From Neophaeotheca triangularis (Eukaryota): a stretch of DNA of 20,000 bases. Positions 1 to 11,206 of the stretch are shown piece by piece. Location of the stretch: assembly GCA_054600435.1 (NCBI GenBank), contig BAAIJX010000059.1, forward strand, positions 114,143 to 134,142, given 5' to 3'. The stretch's first letter is position 1; every line of letters begins with the position of its first letter. The notes under the pieces are model-generated. The model was not told the origin of the DNA and did not search any database. It was given only the letters and a program-made list of their open reading frames with translations. A program made the position numbers and the translations under genes.

Positions 1-2032
1 AACTTGCGGTTGACAGCGGCAAGCCCTTTTGCATTATTATTACGGTCCGGGTCACCTGAGCCGGACTTCAGCTGCAAGAGTAGAGGCGAGTCAGATTCAA
101 TCTTGACCGCTATCTACTATGAATTTCATGAGTCTTGTTTCGCTTGATGAAGCCTTGACAGCGATTCAGCACACTACTACCTACCTTACCTCGTAAAACT
201 ACTGTATCGCGATTCTGGATCTAGATGGGAGTGGTGGGGCACAAGACTTGCCACTAGAAACACGTGTCTGACCCGCGCACCCTTCCCGCTGCTAGTTTGT
301 GGACACTGAGTGGAGTTGAGGATGCTTGATGATGAGGCGTCCTAACAGAAGGTTGGTACAGCCTAGCAGCCCGGCAATAATTCGAATCAGAAAGGTCGAT
401 GGATTGACTCGAGCAAGTCTTCTTTTCTGACAGTAGGTACTGACATTGTTAGATTAGGACAAGGCGTAGAAAAAAAGACCGACTAAACAAACAGTCATGT
501 ATTCGAGGCAACGGAATGGTTCCGCAGACAGACGATCCGAAAGGTGCAAGTGTTAACGAATCTTTAGTGTCGAGAACGGTCTTGGCTGGTGGTGGTGGCG
601 CGCCGTTGACGTCCGACGATGGCCTTGGGGAGATACTCTGCTCGATGATCGGTGGCTTGCTTCGTCAGGGTCCGGCGTGGCTTGGCTTCTACGGTGTCAA
701 CGGCTTTTGCCGCTGCTGTGCGGCTATAGAGCCTACGAGCCAAAGTAGTCGATCAACGGGTCATTACATGACAGTCATGGCTATCGCTACATGGTGTGTC
801 TACCTACTATGTACCTAGGTAGGTAAGGAAGGGGTTGCTTCTTTGCACTAAATGCACCACTACCCGCAGCCTAAGAAAAGCCATCAGCCGATACCGTAGT
901 AGCCTGGGCAGCAGGTGCAGGTTCAGCCAAGTCAGCGATGATCCCTACGTATCTGAGGTCTCGAGATGCGATCTGAGTTCGTTAGAGTAAAGATTGACCT
1001 GAAGATTCCCACGGCTGAGCGTCGGCAGTTTTGCCGCATCCTCTCGCGAACCTAGCTGCTGCTGTTTTTGAAACCATTGTCTTGTGATGCTGTCTGCTGA
1101 GGCCTTGCAAAATCATTCAGAGGAGAGCTAGCTGCTGCTTTCTGCTGTGTTATAGAAGAGTAGAGAGTTGATGAACTACAATCACCGCTAATCATGGATC
1201 TCATCGAGAACATCGCGTGTCAGCGTTCGGTACGGGGTTAACGGTACGGAAGACACGCTAAAGCGCAGGGATCAGGCCTCGGAGTATGATCGATATTGAT
1301 TGGACGAGACGTCTTTGGGATCCACACGCATTGGCCCATACTCGATCCTTGTACCGGTAGTGTATGAACTCTCTATTAGGTGGAGAATGAGAGATCACAG
1401 TACAGTAGGCGATAACGACTTCTTATCTATGCTTGCACGACGATGGAGGTGCGACGCAAGGACAAGGAGGAAGCTGGCAGTAGTAGTCAACAGGTGCGTT
1501 ATGATATGTAACGGCAAACCTTGTTCCAAACAGTAGTGCATGGTAAGGTTAGGTTTGATCGAAGGTATCTAGGAGAAATCCCGGCAGATCTGGTGAAATC
1601 GTTGGTTCGCTCGCCCGGAGTAGATCCAGCCGTAAAGCACATATCTCGGCGCTCATCGCGTCGTGTCTTGATCAGATTCGACCCTTGCCGTCATGGCGAA
1701 ATTACCGACTTTTTGCGCGAATGGCGGCCGGTAAAATACAGGGCCAATACCTGCTAGGTAGATAGGTAGTAGTAGTCACTTGTTGTAGAAGATTCGAAAA
1801 GGTCTGGGCAGATGCCACAGTGGCGTCTACGGTCCTGCAGAAGAGTCGCCGTTGTCCTCGACAGGGGTGCTCCAACACCGATCGGAGATGGGACAAAGGT
1901 TCGGCTACCTGCTCTGCGTCGCTTAACGAATCGCAGCACGGCGAGGGGTCCCTAGTTCGCCATTTTCGCTCGCGTCACTCGTGCCATCTTGCCGTTTGCC
2001 CTCGACGAGATCCATCTCCTCTCGTCTCCCGG

Positions 2033-2064
2033 TCGTCTCGTCTCGTCTCGTCTCGTCTCGTCTC
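2033..2064 (+). repeat. (TCGTC)6 microsatellite in the nsdD promoter/leader
   Basis: Six perfect tandem pentamers. Confidence 0.9.
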
Positions 2065-2282
2065 TGCCTCTTTGCTTGCTGACTACTCATCTTCCCCTTC
2101 TCTCTACTACCTACCTACTCTCGTCTATCCTGCAGCGGCACAGCGTTTCGACTGGACCACACACACACACATATACATACCATCTACCAACACAACACAC
2201 CACACCACACCACCTACACATACTACTGCACGCATACCACCGTCTCGACAAGTCGACGCGGCCGAGCTCGCACCACCTGTTG

Positions 2283-2306
2283 ATGACCATCTCAAAGCAC
2301 GATTAG
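2283..2306 (+). promoter_or_regulatory. Candidate uORF (MTISKHD*) in the nsdD 5' leader
   Basis: The only ATG I found between the pyrimidine-rich tract (~1990-2130) and the main start at 2657. Confidence 0.4.
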
Positions 2307-2656
2307 CGAGCATTTCAGGCGGCTGTTTCGTTTCAAGCAGCAGCGCCGCACTTCGTGGGACCTTTGACCTACCCACCCACCAGTTCGACTTTGCAGGCTT
2401 TTTCCCATTACCACCGACTACGACCTTCTCAACACATCTTGGGACTCTGCCAAAGTTACCAATTGCTCACTCGTGCATCTACACGCCCTCTTCACCATCT
2501 TTGGCACGGCCCACATATCGCACCAGCGTCTCCGCGTCATTGAAAGCCACATCGTCTCGGGCGAAACGGACTTGGAATACTTGCTTGCATCGAGGACCAT
2601 CGACGCTACTTATTTCCCGAGAGTAGAGTCGGCGTACCGACTCACAGGCACTCACC

Positions 2657-4360
2657 ATGGACGTTCCGAACACGCGGTATGTAGACCCGTCGGCCTCGTC
2701 GACTCTCGATTTGCTTGATACAAAAGCACAGTGTGCTGACCACTTGCAAAGACCTCAGTTGCCCGCCTTGAGTTACTTGGACCACGAGAAAGTTAAACGG
2801 GAAGAGGATGCGTACCAAAACAGAAACACATGCGCCCCACAGACGATGCCCATTCCTTCGCTCGCGGCGAGCCCCGTCCAGCATGGCTACCCACCAGGAC
2901 CACCTCCGCCCTACAGTCATCCAGGTCAACCGCCAGCTCAGCAGTACGCAAACAATTTGCCTGCGGTTCAGACTGGACGTCATTCGCCTCTTGGATCTCA
3001 CCAAGCAGGCGCAGAAAACGAGAAGGAGAACATTAAGCAAACAGTCCGACAATCTTTGCCATCCATCTCCGAAGCATTGGGTGTAGATGGTGCATCCTAC
3101 TCCACCGCACCTCCTGCCCAACAGCCTGAACATGCATCTCTCCCGCAATCCGCTGCTCCGCCATCGCCATCTGCGACTGTCCGACACTCCCACATAGGCA
3201 TGGAACCGCAGCAACAACACCAGCATACTCACTACAATGCTTCGACTTACCCACCTCATCATGCCTACCCCTCGGAGCCGGCACAACACCAATCGCAACT
3301 GCCACACGACACTCCGAGAGCTGGTTACGCACCCGATCCCATCAAGGCGCAGCCTCACCACATTCACACTCAACAATCGCCCGCCCAGCAACACTCTCAA
3401 CACCCATCATCTCAACACTACACCCCAAGGCCGTCACCGTCACAAGAGCAGTCAAACTCGCAATCCAATGGGACTATGCGTCCGCCTGCCACTTTCCCAT
3501 ACGGCTATACATCTTACCCTCAACGATACGCCCCACCTACGCCTTCCTCGAACGTAACGCATGGGCCCATCTATCAGCCATCTTCCACATACGCAGCACC
3601 ACCCACATCAACACCGGCCTGGGCTTCATCCGACAGCGGCGGTTTTCGCCCGCAGGCTGAAAGGCAGTATGGAGACTCGGTGAAGCGGCATCTCGATCTT
3701 TACGATATGGAGTCTGCATTAACCGACGTATGTATCGAACTTCACTGTCACATACGATCTCGACTAACACTTGAATTGCAGATCTCATCAACAAGCAGGA
3801 TAGTCCTTGATTTCTCCGGACGCTACAGTGATCGCATGCACTCAACTGTGCGCTCCGGTCCGACTCCTTCCACTCTTCCAGGGATGATCGAGATTGACGA
3901 CATGGTCAACAAGTCTCGTGTGCAGTTGGAATCGCTTCTCAAGATTCGAGAAGTTGTCCTCGCCCAGCAGGCCGCTTACGAGCAACAAGCCATTGACCAA
4001 CGCGATCGCGAGCAACAAGCTAAGCCCTCGTTTGCGCCACCCGAACACCACCAGCCAGGTCCTCACCATGGCCAGCTCGAACGTACCGAGCCTTCCGAAG
4101 ATGGCCGCAGTGTAGGCTTCGCTGGCTCAGACCCCAAGAAGCGCAGAGGTCGTGCTGCGCCCCCTGGCCGTTGCCACAGTTGTAACCGCGCCGAGACACC
4201 CGAATGGCGACGCGGTCCAGATGGTGCTCGCACTCTTTGCAATGCTTGCGGACTGCACTACGCCAAGCTCACGCGCAAGGCAAACAACGCGGCAAGCAAG
4301 AACGCATCTGCTGCGGCGGGTAGTTCGAATTTGAGGCCAAAGGAGAGCGGAGGAGCCTAA
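2657..4360 (+). CDS. nsdD: GATA-type zinc-finger transcription factor, NsdD/SUB-1/Pro44 family; exons 2657-3727 and 3782-4360 (~549 aa spliced)
   Basis: C-terminal C-X2-C-X18-C finger KKRRGRAAPPGRCHSCNRAETPEWRRGPDGARTLCNACGLHYAKL, family-type blocks (GPPPPYS, RQSLPSISEAL, YGDSVKRHLD) and a Pro/Gln/His-rich N-terminal half. Intron 3728-3781: GTATGT donor, ACTAAC branch, CAG acceptor. Start context CACCATGG. Confidence 0.92.
   Translation: MDVPNTRYVDPSASSTLDLLDTKAQCADHLQRPQLPALSYLDHEKVKREEDAYQNRNTCAPQTMPIPSLAASPVQHGYPPGPPPPYSHPGQPPAQQYANNLPAVQTGRHSPLGSHQAGAENEKENIKQTVRQSLPSISEALGVDGASYSTAPPAQQPEHASLPQSAAPPSPSATVRHSHIGMEPQQQHQHTHYNASTYPPHHAYPSEPAQHQSQLPHDTPRAGYAPDPIKAQPHHIHTQQSPAQQHSQHPSSQHYTPRPSPSQEQSNSQSNGTMRPPATFPYGYTSYPQRYAPPTPSSNVTHGPIYQPSSTYAAPPTSTPAWASSDSGGFRPQAERQYGDSVKRHLDLYDMESALTDVCIELHCHIRSRLTLELQISSTSRIVLDFSGRYSDRMHSTVRSGPTPSTLPGMIEIDDMVNKSRVQLESLLKIREVVLAQQAAYEQQAIDQRDREQQAKPSFAPPEHHQPGPHHGQLERTEPSEDGRSVGFAGSDPKKRRGRAAPPGRCHSCNRAETPEWRRGPDGARTLCNACGLHYAKLTRKANNAASKNASAAAGSSNLRPKESGGA
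3728..3781 (+). other. 54-nt spliceosomal intron in nsdD (3n, no in-frame stop)
   Basis: GTATGT...GACTAAC...TTGCAG. It reads through as VCIELHCHIRSRLTLELQ, which is compositionally out of place in the protein. Confidence 0.85.
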
Positions 4361-5009
4361 ACGGAGCCGAAATCTGTCGGCGCCTGGGCCACGCTGCTGT
4401 CCCCACGACCAGCTCGCAGCCGATTTGCCGACCACCATTACTTTGAAAATTGCCAGGTTGCCTTTCCATTTGCCTTTGCTTTTTTATGATACCCCCCGCA
4501 AAGAGAAACGAAGATGCATTGTTGTTGCTAAAAAAAAAGCATCGTTGTTGCTTGAGCGCTTTATTAGAGGCCGCTCGCTTCTTCCCTGTGATGGAAGAGT
4601 TGCTTTATTAGAGGCCTCGCCCTTCCTTTTGATCGGTTTTAGTCGATTTATATACCACGATGTTACGACCATTGCGCTTGGTTTTGCCGCTGCGTTATTA
4701 GACGCGGGCGATGATTGGGGGCTGCATTTATTCTAGGGGGATTTTTACCCGCAGGAGGGATCTTTTTTTTTCTGGCCCAGGAGTCTGGATTCAAGATGAG
4801 GAAGGAGTGTATTGAAGGATCTGGGGTTCACCCGCTTGCTTCTGCGCTGCGCCGACCTCTGTGGGATTAAAGAGAGTGGTGGAGCATTGCCGGCTGTTGT
4901 TTGATGGGTGACTGATGGTTGTACATACCTTTGTAGCTTGAGAGCGCTAGTTGTACTGATGCTGTTCCATCACTCGTTTTTTGTTCGTTTTGGCACATCT
5001 TTCATTCCA

Positions 5010-5016
5010 TTACTAA
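5010..5016 (+). promoter_or_regulatory. Possible Yap1/AP-1 response element TTACTAA upstream of glutamate-cysteine ligase
   Basis: Exact match to TTA(C/G)TAA about 1.2 kb upstream. GSH1 is a Yap1 target in yeast, but a single 7-mer can occur by chance. Confidence 0.25.
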
Positions 5017-5850
5017 TCTGGCTTTGAGTAGATCTCATCTCGCAGATGCGCCCTGCGAACGACACAGATTGATTAAAAGGATGCAGGTACCTACATGCGG
5101 GCAACAAGTGAATGTGCTTACTAGGCTGTCTGTGTTGAACGCTCACGTACACTGACGAACGATTCAGAGCCTCGAGGGAAGAGCTGAGCTCCTCACAAGA
5201 ACTCAAAGCCTCGAGTCAAGTTGAATTCACTCAGACGCGTCGTGCGAATGCGGATTTTCCATGATGATGCAGGTACAGGCGGCCAAGTGAAGGTGCTTCT
5301 TGGACTTTATGTTTAAGCTATATAGTTACATAGACGTGGGTACCTAGGTACAGTTGTTTGTCCCTGGGACAAGCAATGGTTTCTCGTCTTCTCTTCGGCG
5401 AGTCCTGCACGTGATATTAATGGGGATGAAGGCGACTTTTCGTTCGTACCGGCTGGTTTCGTGCTTCAAAAGGAACTGCACTGCTATCTGTTGCTATCGT
5501 CGCGAATCAGACGGGAGCGTAGATATACTGTCCAGGATCTGCCTTCCTAAAGGGGCAAGCTACATGTGAGAGTGGGCTCGAAAGCTCCAGAGGTGGGATG
5601 GGATGATTGGAGGCGTGGGACTGAAAAAAGTTCCCGCCTAACGTGTTAGCTCTCGGCATCATTGGTTTGTAATCGACTTTACGACAGCGCCCTACGCATG
5701 CGGCATGAATGGTTTTGTTATTTCTATGGTGCTGTTCTTGTTGCACCCTACGGAGATGGACATGTAGTTGACATTTCAAGCCAAATTGCACCGTCCCTTC
5801 TACTTCACTTTCCCCTTCTCCCACCTTCCCATTCCTGCCTCGGAAACGTC

Positions 5851-5865
5851 ATGACCTCGTGCTAG
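5851..5865 (+). promoter_or_regulatory. Candidate uORF (MTSC*) in the glutamate-cysteine ligase 5' leader
   Basis: ATG ACC TCG TGC TAG lies just after a CT-rich tract (~5790-5840), and no other ATG occurs before 6204. Confidence 0.4.
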
Positions 5866-6203
5866 CCAGCCAGCCCGAACCCCACTTCCACAAACCCCCC
5901 ATCACTCCCACGTCTTCCACTCTGGGCAACCAGGTCTTACGAAAACGACCACGCCACCGACCGCGATAGGAGGCACCGATCACCCTCCATCGGTAGACAA
6001 GACAAGCGACAGCTCCGTCGGAAGAAGCACGATCGCCGCGACCCGGAAGGCTTGGGCAGCAGCGCATACGAAACCCTCGCAGAGTTGCACGGCATAGGAA
6101 GTCGCGATCGGAGGCGCGCATACACACATACACACAGACAGACAGACAGACGCTGTGATTCGAGAGGCGCTTTTGCGGTGCGCGACGAGGCGTTGGAGCC
6201 ACC

Positions 6204-8550
6204 ATGGGATTGCTGTACGCCCTCCAAGCACACCTTTGACCCCTCTTCCCACGCTTTTGGCTGGTGAGAGTATTTGCGGAGTGAGAGAGTTGACAATCGT
6301 TTGTGATCTGCAGAGCGATAGGCACGCCGCTGGAATGGCCCGAGGCGAAGAAGGTGGCTGGACATGTCAGGGAGTGGGGGATTGAGGTAGGTCGCGGTGT
6401 CGTCCGAAAGCCGGCGAGAAGATTGTGGAATTGAGGGCTGATGTACGGTTTGCGCCCGCAGCAATTGATGGCGATATGGAGGAGAGCCAAGGGCAAGGAG
6501 AGAGATGCGCTGCTTTGGGGCGATGAGGTATGGTAAGCCGATTGTGCGACTGGCGAGGTGAATATGGCAAGCTCATGCGTGGCGCAGATCGAGTACCTTG
6601 TCGTTTCGTACGACGATGAGAATCGCCAAGTCAAGCTGTCGTTGAGGCAGGCGGATATCCTCGAGGCGCTGGCGAGTGATAAGGAGCTTTTGAAGCAGGG
6701 TGGGGGTGTGCCTGATCTGGCGCGCGGCCCGAAGAAGTTCGTCTGATTGAGATGAAGAAATGATGGGGCTGGGGTGCTGACGTTTTACCAGGCAGGGCAA
6801 GACTGCGCCGGTTTTCCATCCAGAGTTTGGTCGATTCATGCTCGAGGCCACGCCCGGAGAGCCGTGGGGCATTGGTTTAAAGGATCTGCTCGACGTTGAG
6901 CGAGACATGAAGTGGAGGCGAGAAATCGCAAAGAATCACATGAACTCTCGCGAGTATCCCATCACTTTGACTACCTTCCCACAGCTTGGCGACCGCAAGT
7001 CGATAACGCCGTACTACCCACCCTCTGGTTCGAAGCTGCGATCGCAATTCCTACCGGATGAGATTGCGAACCCGCACATTCGGTTTCCTACACTTGCGGC
7101 CAACATTAGAGCACGTAGAGGCAGGAAAGTCGAGCTCAATGTGCCAGTGTTCCACGACGAGAAGACAGCTCGGCCATTCCACGATCCTACCGTTGACTAC
7201 GACTTGCACAACTGGCCGGAGGACGATGATGTGAGGAAGGGCGCCGCGAAGGAGGACCATGTGTATATGGATGCCATGGCGTTCGGTATGGGTTCCTGCT
7301 GTCTTCAGATCACTTTTCAAGCGAAGAATATAGAAGAGGGACGGAAGATGTACGACCAGCTCTCGCCACTCGGACCGATATTGCTTGCCTTGACCGCCGC
7401 GACGCCAATCTACAAAGGCTTCTTGGTTGACACCGACGTACGATGGAACCAGATCAGTCGAGCGGTAGATGACCGTACGCCCGAAGAACTGGGTGAGAAA
7501 CCCCTCGAGAACGACCGCTGGCGCATCCCGAAGAGCAGATATGCGAGCAACAGCACCTATATCTCGCAAGACCCGCGACTACGATCCGAGTATCTCGATC
7601 CGGACTTGGTCATCGACGAAGAGCTCAAAGGGCGGCTAGTTGATGGCGGAATGGATGATCGTCTTGCCACGCACTTCGCCCATCTCTTCATCCGAGACCC
7701 CATTGTCGTTTTCGCCGAAGACCTCGAAGAACTCGACCTCAACAAGACTGATCATTTCGAAAATCTGCAGAGCACGAATTGGCAACACATGCGATTCAAA
7801 CCACCTCCACCAGGCAACGACACCGGCTGGCGAGTCGAAGTGCGTCCAATGGAGATTCAAATCACCGACTTCGAAAACGCCGCCTTCAGTGTCTTTGTCG
7901 TCCTCGTAACCCGCGCAATTCTCAGCTTCGACCTCAACTTCTACCTCCCCATCCCCCGCACCACCGAAAACATGGAAACAGCCCACAACCGTGATGCAGT
8001 CCTCAACGACAAGTTTTACTTCCGCAAAAACCCCCTGCCCGGCCGGGCACCGCGTACGAATGGCGCCTCGGCCTCGGCTTCAGGAGCAAACACTCCGCAA
8101 CAGCAACCCAGCCGCCCGGCCTCGCCCTTCGGCCCCGTGGAAGACGAATACGACCTCATGACCATTGACGAAATCATCAACGGCTCAGCAGCCTCCTCGG
8201 CGAGCACCAAATCCAGCTCCCAAGAACCTTCAGACTCCGGCTCCGGCTTCCCCGGCCTCATCCCGCTAGTGGAATCCTACCTCGACTCTGTAAACGTGGA
8301 CGTCGAGACGCGCTGCGAAATTGCGCAATACCTGGCTCTGATCCGTGGCCGCGCCAACGGGAGTCTGTGGACTGCGGCTAAGTGGATTAGGCATTTTGTC
8401 AGGGGGCATGAGGCTTATGCCAAGGATTCGGTTGTCGGGCAGGAGGTTACTTGGGATTTGGTCAAGGCGGTTGAGAAGTTGACGGTAAATGAGGGCAGGG
8501 ATGGGTTTGGGAGGGAGATGTTTGGGAATTGTGGGAGGGAGGGAGTGTAG
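6204..8550 (+). CDS. GSH1: Glutamate-cysteine ligase (gamma-glutamylcysteine synthetase) catalytic subunit; exons 6204-6214, 6314-6386, 6462-6527, 6588-6736, 6792-8550 (685 aa)
   Basis: Splicing gives the family N-terminus MGLLAIGTPLEWPEAKKVAGHVREWGIEQLMAIW...LLWGDEIEYLVV...FHPEFGRFMLEATPG. Conserved motifs NPHIRFPTL, YMDAMAFGMGSCCLQITFQ, HFENLQSTNWQHMRFKPPP and WRVEVRPMEIQITDFENAA follow. Four GT-AG introns keep frame (total 2058 nt). Start context GCCACCATGG. Confidence 0.96.
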
Positions 8551-10014
8551 AGGGACGTGTTGGGAGTGAAAGTTGCGGCACAAGGGCGGGGAGGTCGCTG
8601 CTGGACGGTTTGGGAACTAAAGGAAAACTTCGATCTTTCTGATGGATACAGCTTACACACGGAGACACACTTTTTCGAGCCTTTCTTTGGGTTTTGCTTT
8701 TTGACACTGGTCCTTCGAGACCAAAGCGTACACTGACTGGTTTGAGCTCCTTAATCTGTGGAGGAGTATTGACAAGCTCTCGTAACTTTCCAGATGAAAG
8801 GCGAGCTGACTCGAACTCTCAGGAGCGAACCTTCAACCGAGCATCGACTCAAGGGAATATCTACACCTTTGGTATCAGTATAAGATAACCCGTCGATTAC
8901 CAGGAAGGTCTACAATGCAGAAACCCCCCTGACTGTGGGCCAGTTCCAAGACACCACCCGCCGATTCCGAGACCCAAGGGCCAGTCAGTCAGCGCTCACG
9001 GCTTTCTGGCGTCCGAACTCGCGCCATGCTTGCTCAGCTGGCAACTTGCATGCGCAGCGCTGTACGTACAGTACGTCTCCAAGCCCTCTCGGCTACAACA
9101 TGTGAGTCGTCAGTTTTGGTGATGCTGGGAGGGAGCTCAGCCGAGAAGAATGAAACTCCCAGAACCGCTGCCGGCTTGGACAGAAAGCTCGTTGCCGACG
9201 GTAACCCTCGATAGCTTAGCAGAGTTGACACTTTGTTTTTTCAAAAAAGCCGCAAGTCAACCTTCGCTCTTTCGGAAGTTCGAGCCTATCCCCCTCCATT
9301 TCCTCAAAAACTGGGCGCGCGTAGTACCTTACAAAACAAACAAACGTAAGTTGGTTAGACCCAGAAGCGCACGCGGCGTGCATAGCCTCTCGCGCACGCA
9401 CTTTCCGAGACCCTTTGGGCCCCAGGCCCGAAGAAACTTGTCGTGTGGATGGATGATCCAACAAGCCGCTTTGACAGCCATTTCTAAGCGCCTGGCGAGT
9501 AATGACAATAATATGTAAAGAATCATCATACCTTACCTTACCCAGCAATCGTGGACTTTAGGCCGCTGACAAGAAAATAAAAGTATTCTCACGCGCCGGC
9601 TGCAATTTTATTTTCTTTTTCTTTTTCTTTTTACACACAACACGCAAGTCCGCGTACATTGGCGCTGACTACTGCAACTTGCAAACGTAGCGTCTTTCAT
9701 CTTGAGCCCCCTCCCCTTCTAACCGAGAGACGCTGGTACTGACCACACTACCCGGCTTGAGAACGACTCTAGCTGACTTTTGAAACTCGCAAGGCGGGAT
9801 GGGAAATCTCTCGGACGATGCGATTGAACGGACGGACGGACGGGCCCGACGAGATCTGGCGGGTGAAGCCCCTTGCTGTGGAGCTGTTGGTGGAAATTGT
9901 TTAAACGCTCGAGAAGAAAAATAAAACCCTTCCGAGAGGGAGGAGGAGGGCGAGCGAGTTTTCTCTGAGTCGGTCGATGGGCTTCACGGGTCGGTTGAGC
10001 TGCTGATGCTTCTG

Positions 10015-10097
10015 AAAAAAAAAAAAAAAAAAAGAGTGGGGGAAGAAAAGGGAGAGAGAAAGAAGAGGAGAAAAAAGAGAAAAAAGAAAAGAAAGAG
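10015..10097 (+). repeat. Poly(A) run followed by an A/G-rich purine tract
   Basis: An ~18-nt A homopolymer followed by a nearly pure purine stretch, in the region between convergent genes. Confidence 0.85.
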
Positions 10098-11206
10098 GTG
10101 CGAGGCTAGGTATGCGAGAGCGATTTGGGAGTTCAGGTGATGTACTTACATACATACGGGATCAGGTCAAAGTACTTACTTACTACAATGGCCACTGAGT
10201 TCTTTCTTTCTCGAGGCATGTACTGTATGTATGTATACCCACAACCGGACGGCCGAGGAGGAGGAGGAGGAGGGTAGATAGATGTTCGAGCTAGGTTTTG
10301 CCTACTGACTAGTAGTGATTCCCTAGTATACTTGATTAGGTATTACTTGCAGCCAAGACTGACCAACTACCTGAACAAACTTCCAGGAACACTAACTAAT
10401 AAGCGTAGGATATCAAGTAACGTAAATGGAGGGCCTAGTAAGTACGTTGTAGCGAGCTAAAGATCAAGATAGAAGAGTATCGACTACCAACCACCCTTTC
10501 CGGTGTCGAAAGAGATAAGACACACTTTCGGCAAATCCAGAAGCAGGAGCCTAAAAGATGAAAAATGGCATTTTCTTTTGTCGGCTGTCAGAAGGCGACA
10601 GGCTTGTTACAAGCTTGAAGACGGTGATGCGGAAAACATATACCCAGCCCCCTTTTCTGTCGTTGCTGTTTAATTCAATTCCTGTCGTCAAAAGTTACAT
10701 ACAAAAGATAACCATTCTCTGTACAAAGCAGCGGCGCACTTTCTTTAAAAAGCCAAAAAAAAAAAAAAAGATCCCCCCCCGCCCTCCCTCCCCTCCTCCC
10801 CGAGTAGATTACCACCAAAAATGTATTGACACCCTGTTCGCGCTATACGCCATACCATGCCCTTCTGTTTTTCCCTCCTTCCCGTTCAACGCCCAGTAGG
10901 AAGGGGGAGAAAAATCAACCCGCCTCTTGTTCAATCCCTCGGCCTCGATCTCCGTTTTCCGTACCAAGGCTATGCATCAAAAAGGAGAAGCGGAAATAGT
11001 CGTGCGAGAGAGAAGAGAGAGAGGGAGATAAAGGGTAACGTGCAAGCAAGCAAGCGCCCAACTCATCGCAGCAGCAGCAGGGCCCATACCGTTGACAACT
11101 GCGCCCGCAGCCACGAAAGCACGACAGGCGCCCGGCAAGATGCGAAACCCCAACCCGTCGTCTCTCTACCTGTCCCAACCCCGAAGTCAAAGAACTGCAT
11201 AGCTCC

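Noticed and set aside
795..830. Recurrent TACCTA/TAGGTA motifs (also ~1755, ~5340, ~15400-15465, ~16055-16080)
   Set aside because: These short motifs are scattered without regular spacing or spacers. They look like ordinary fungal intergenic sequence, not a CRISPR-like array.
1..1820. Short ORFs (100, 78, 78 aa) upstream of nsdD
   Set aside because: They show no recognisable protein or consistent splice chain and are best explained as the long promoter of a developmental regulator.
5849..6634. 261-aa and 175-aa minus-strand ORFs
   Set aside because: They are antisense shadows of the GSH1 leader and 5' exons, with no recognisable motifs.
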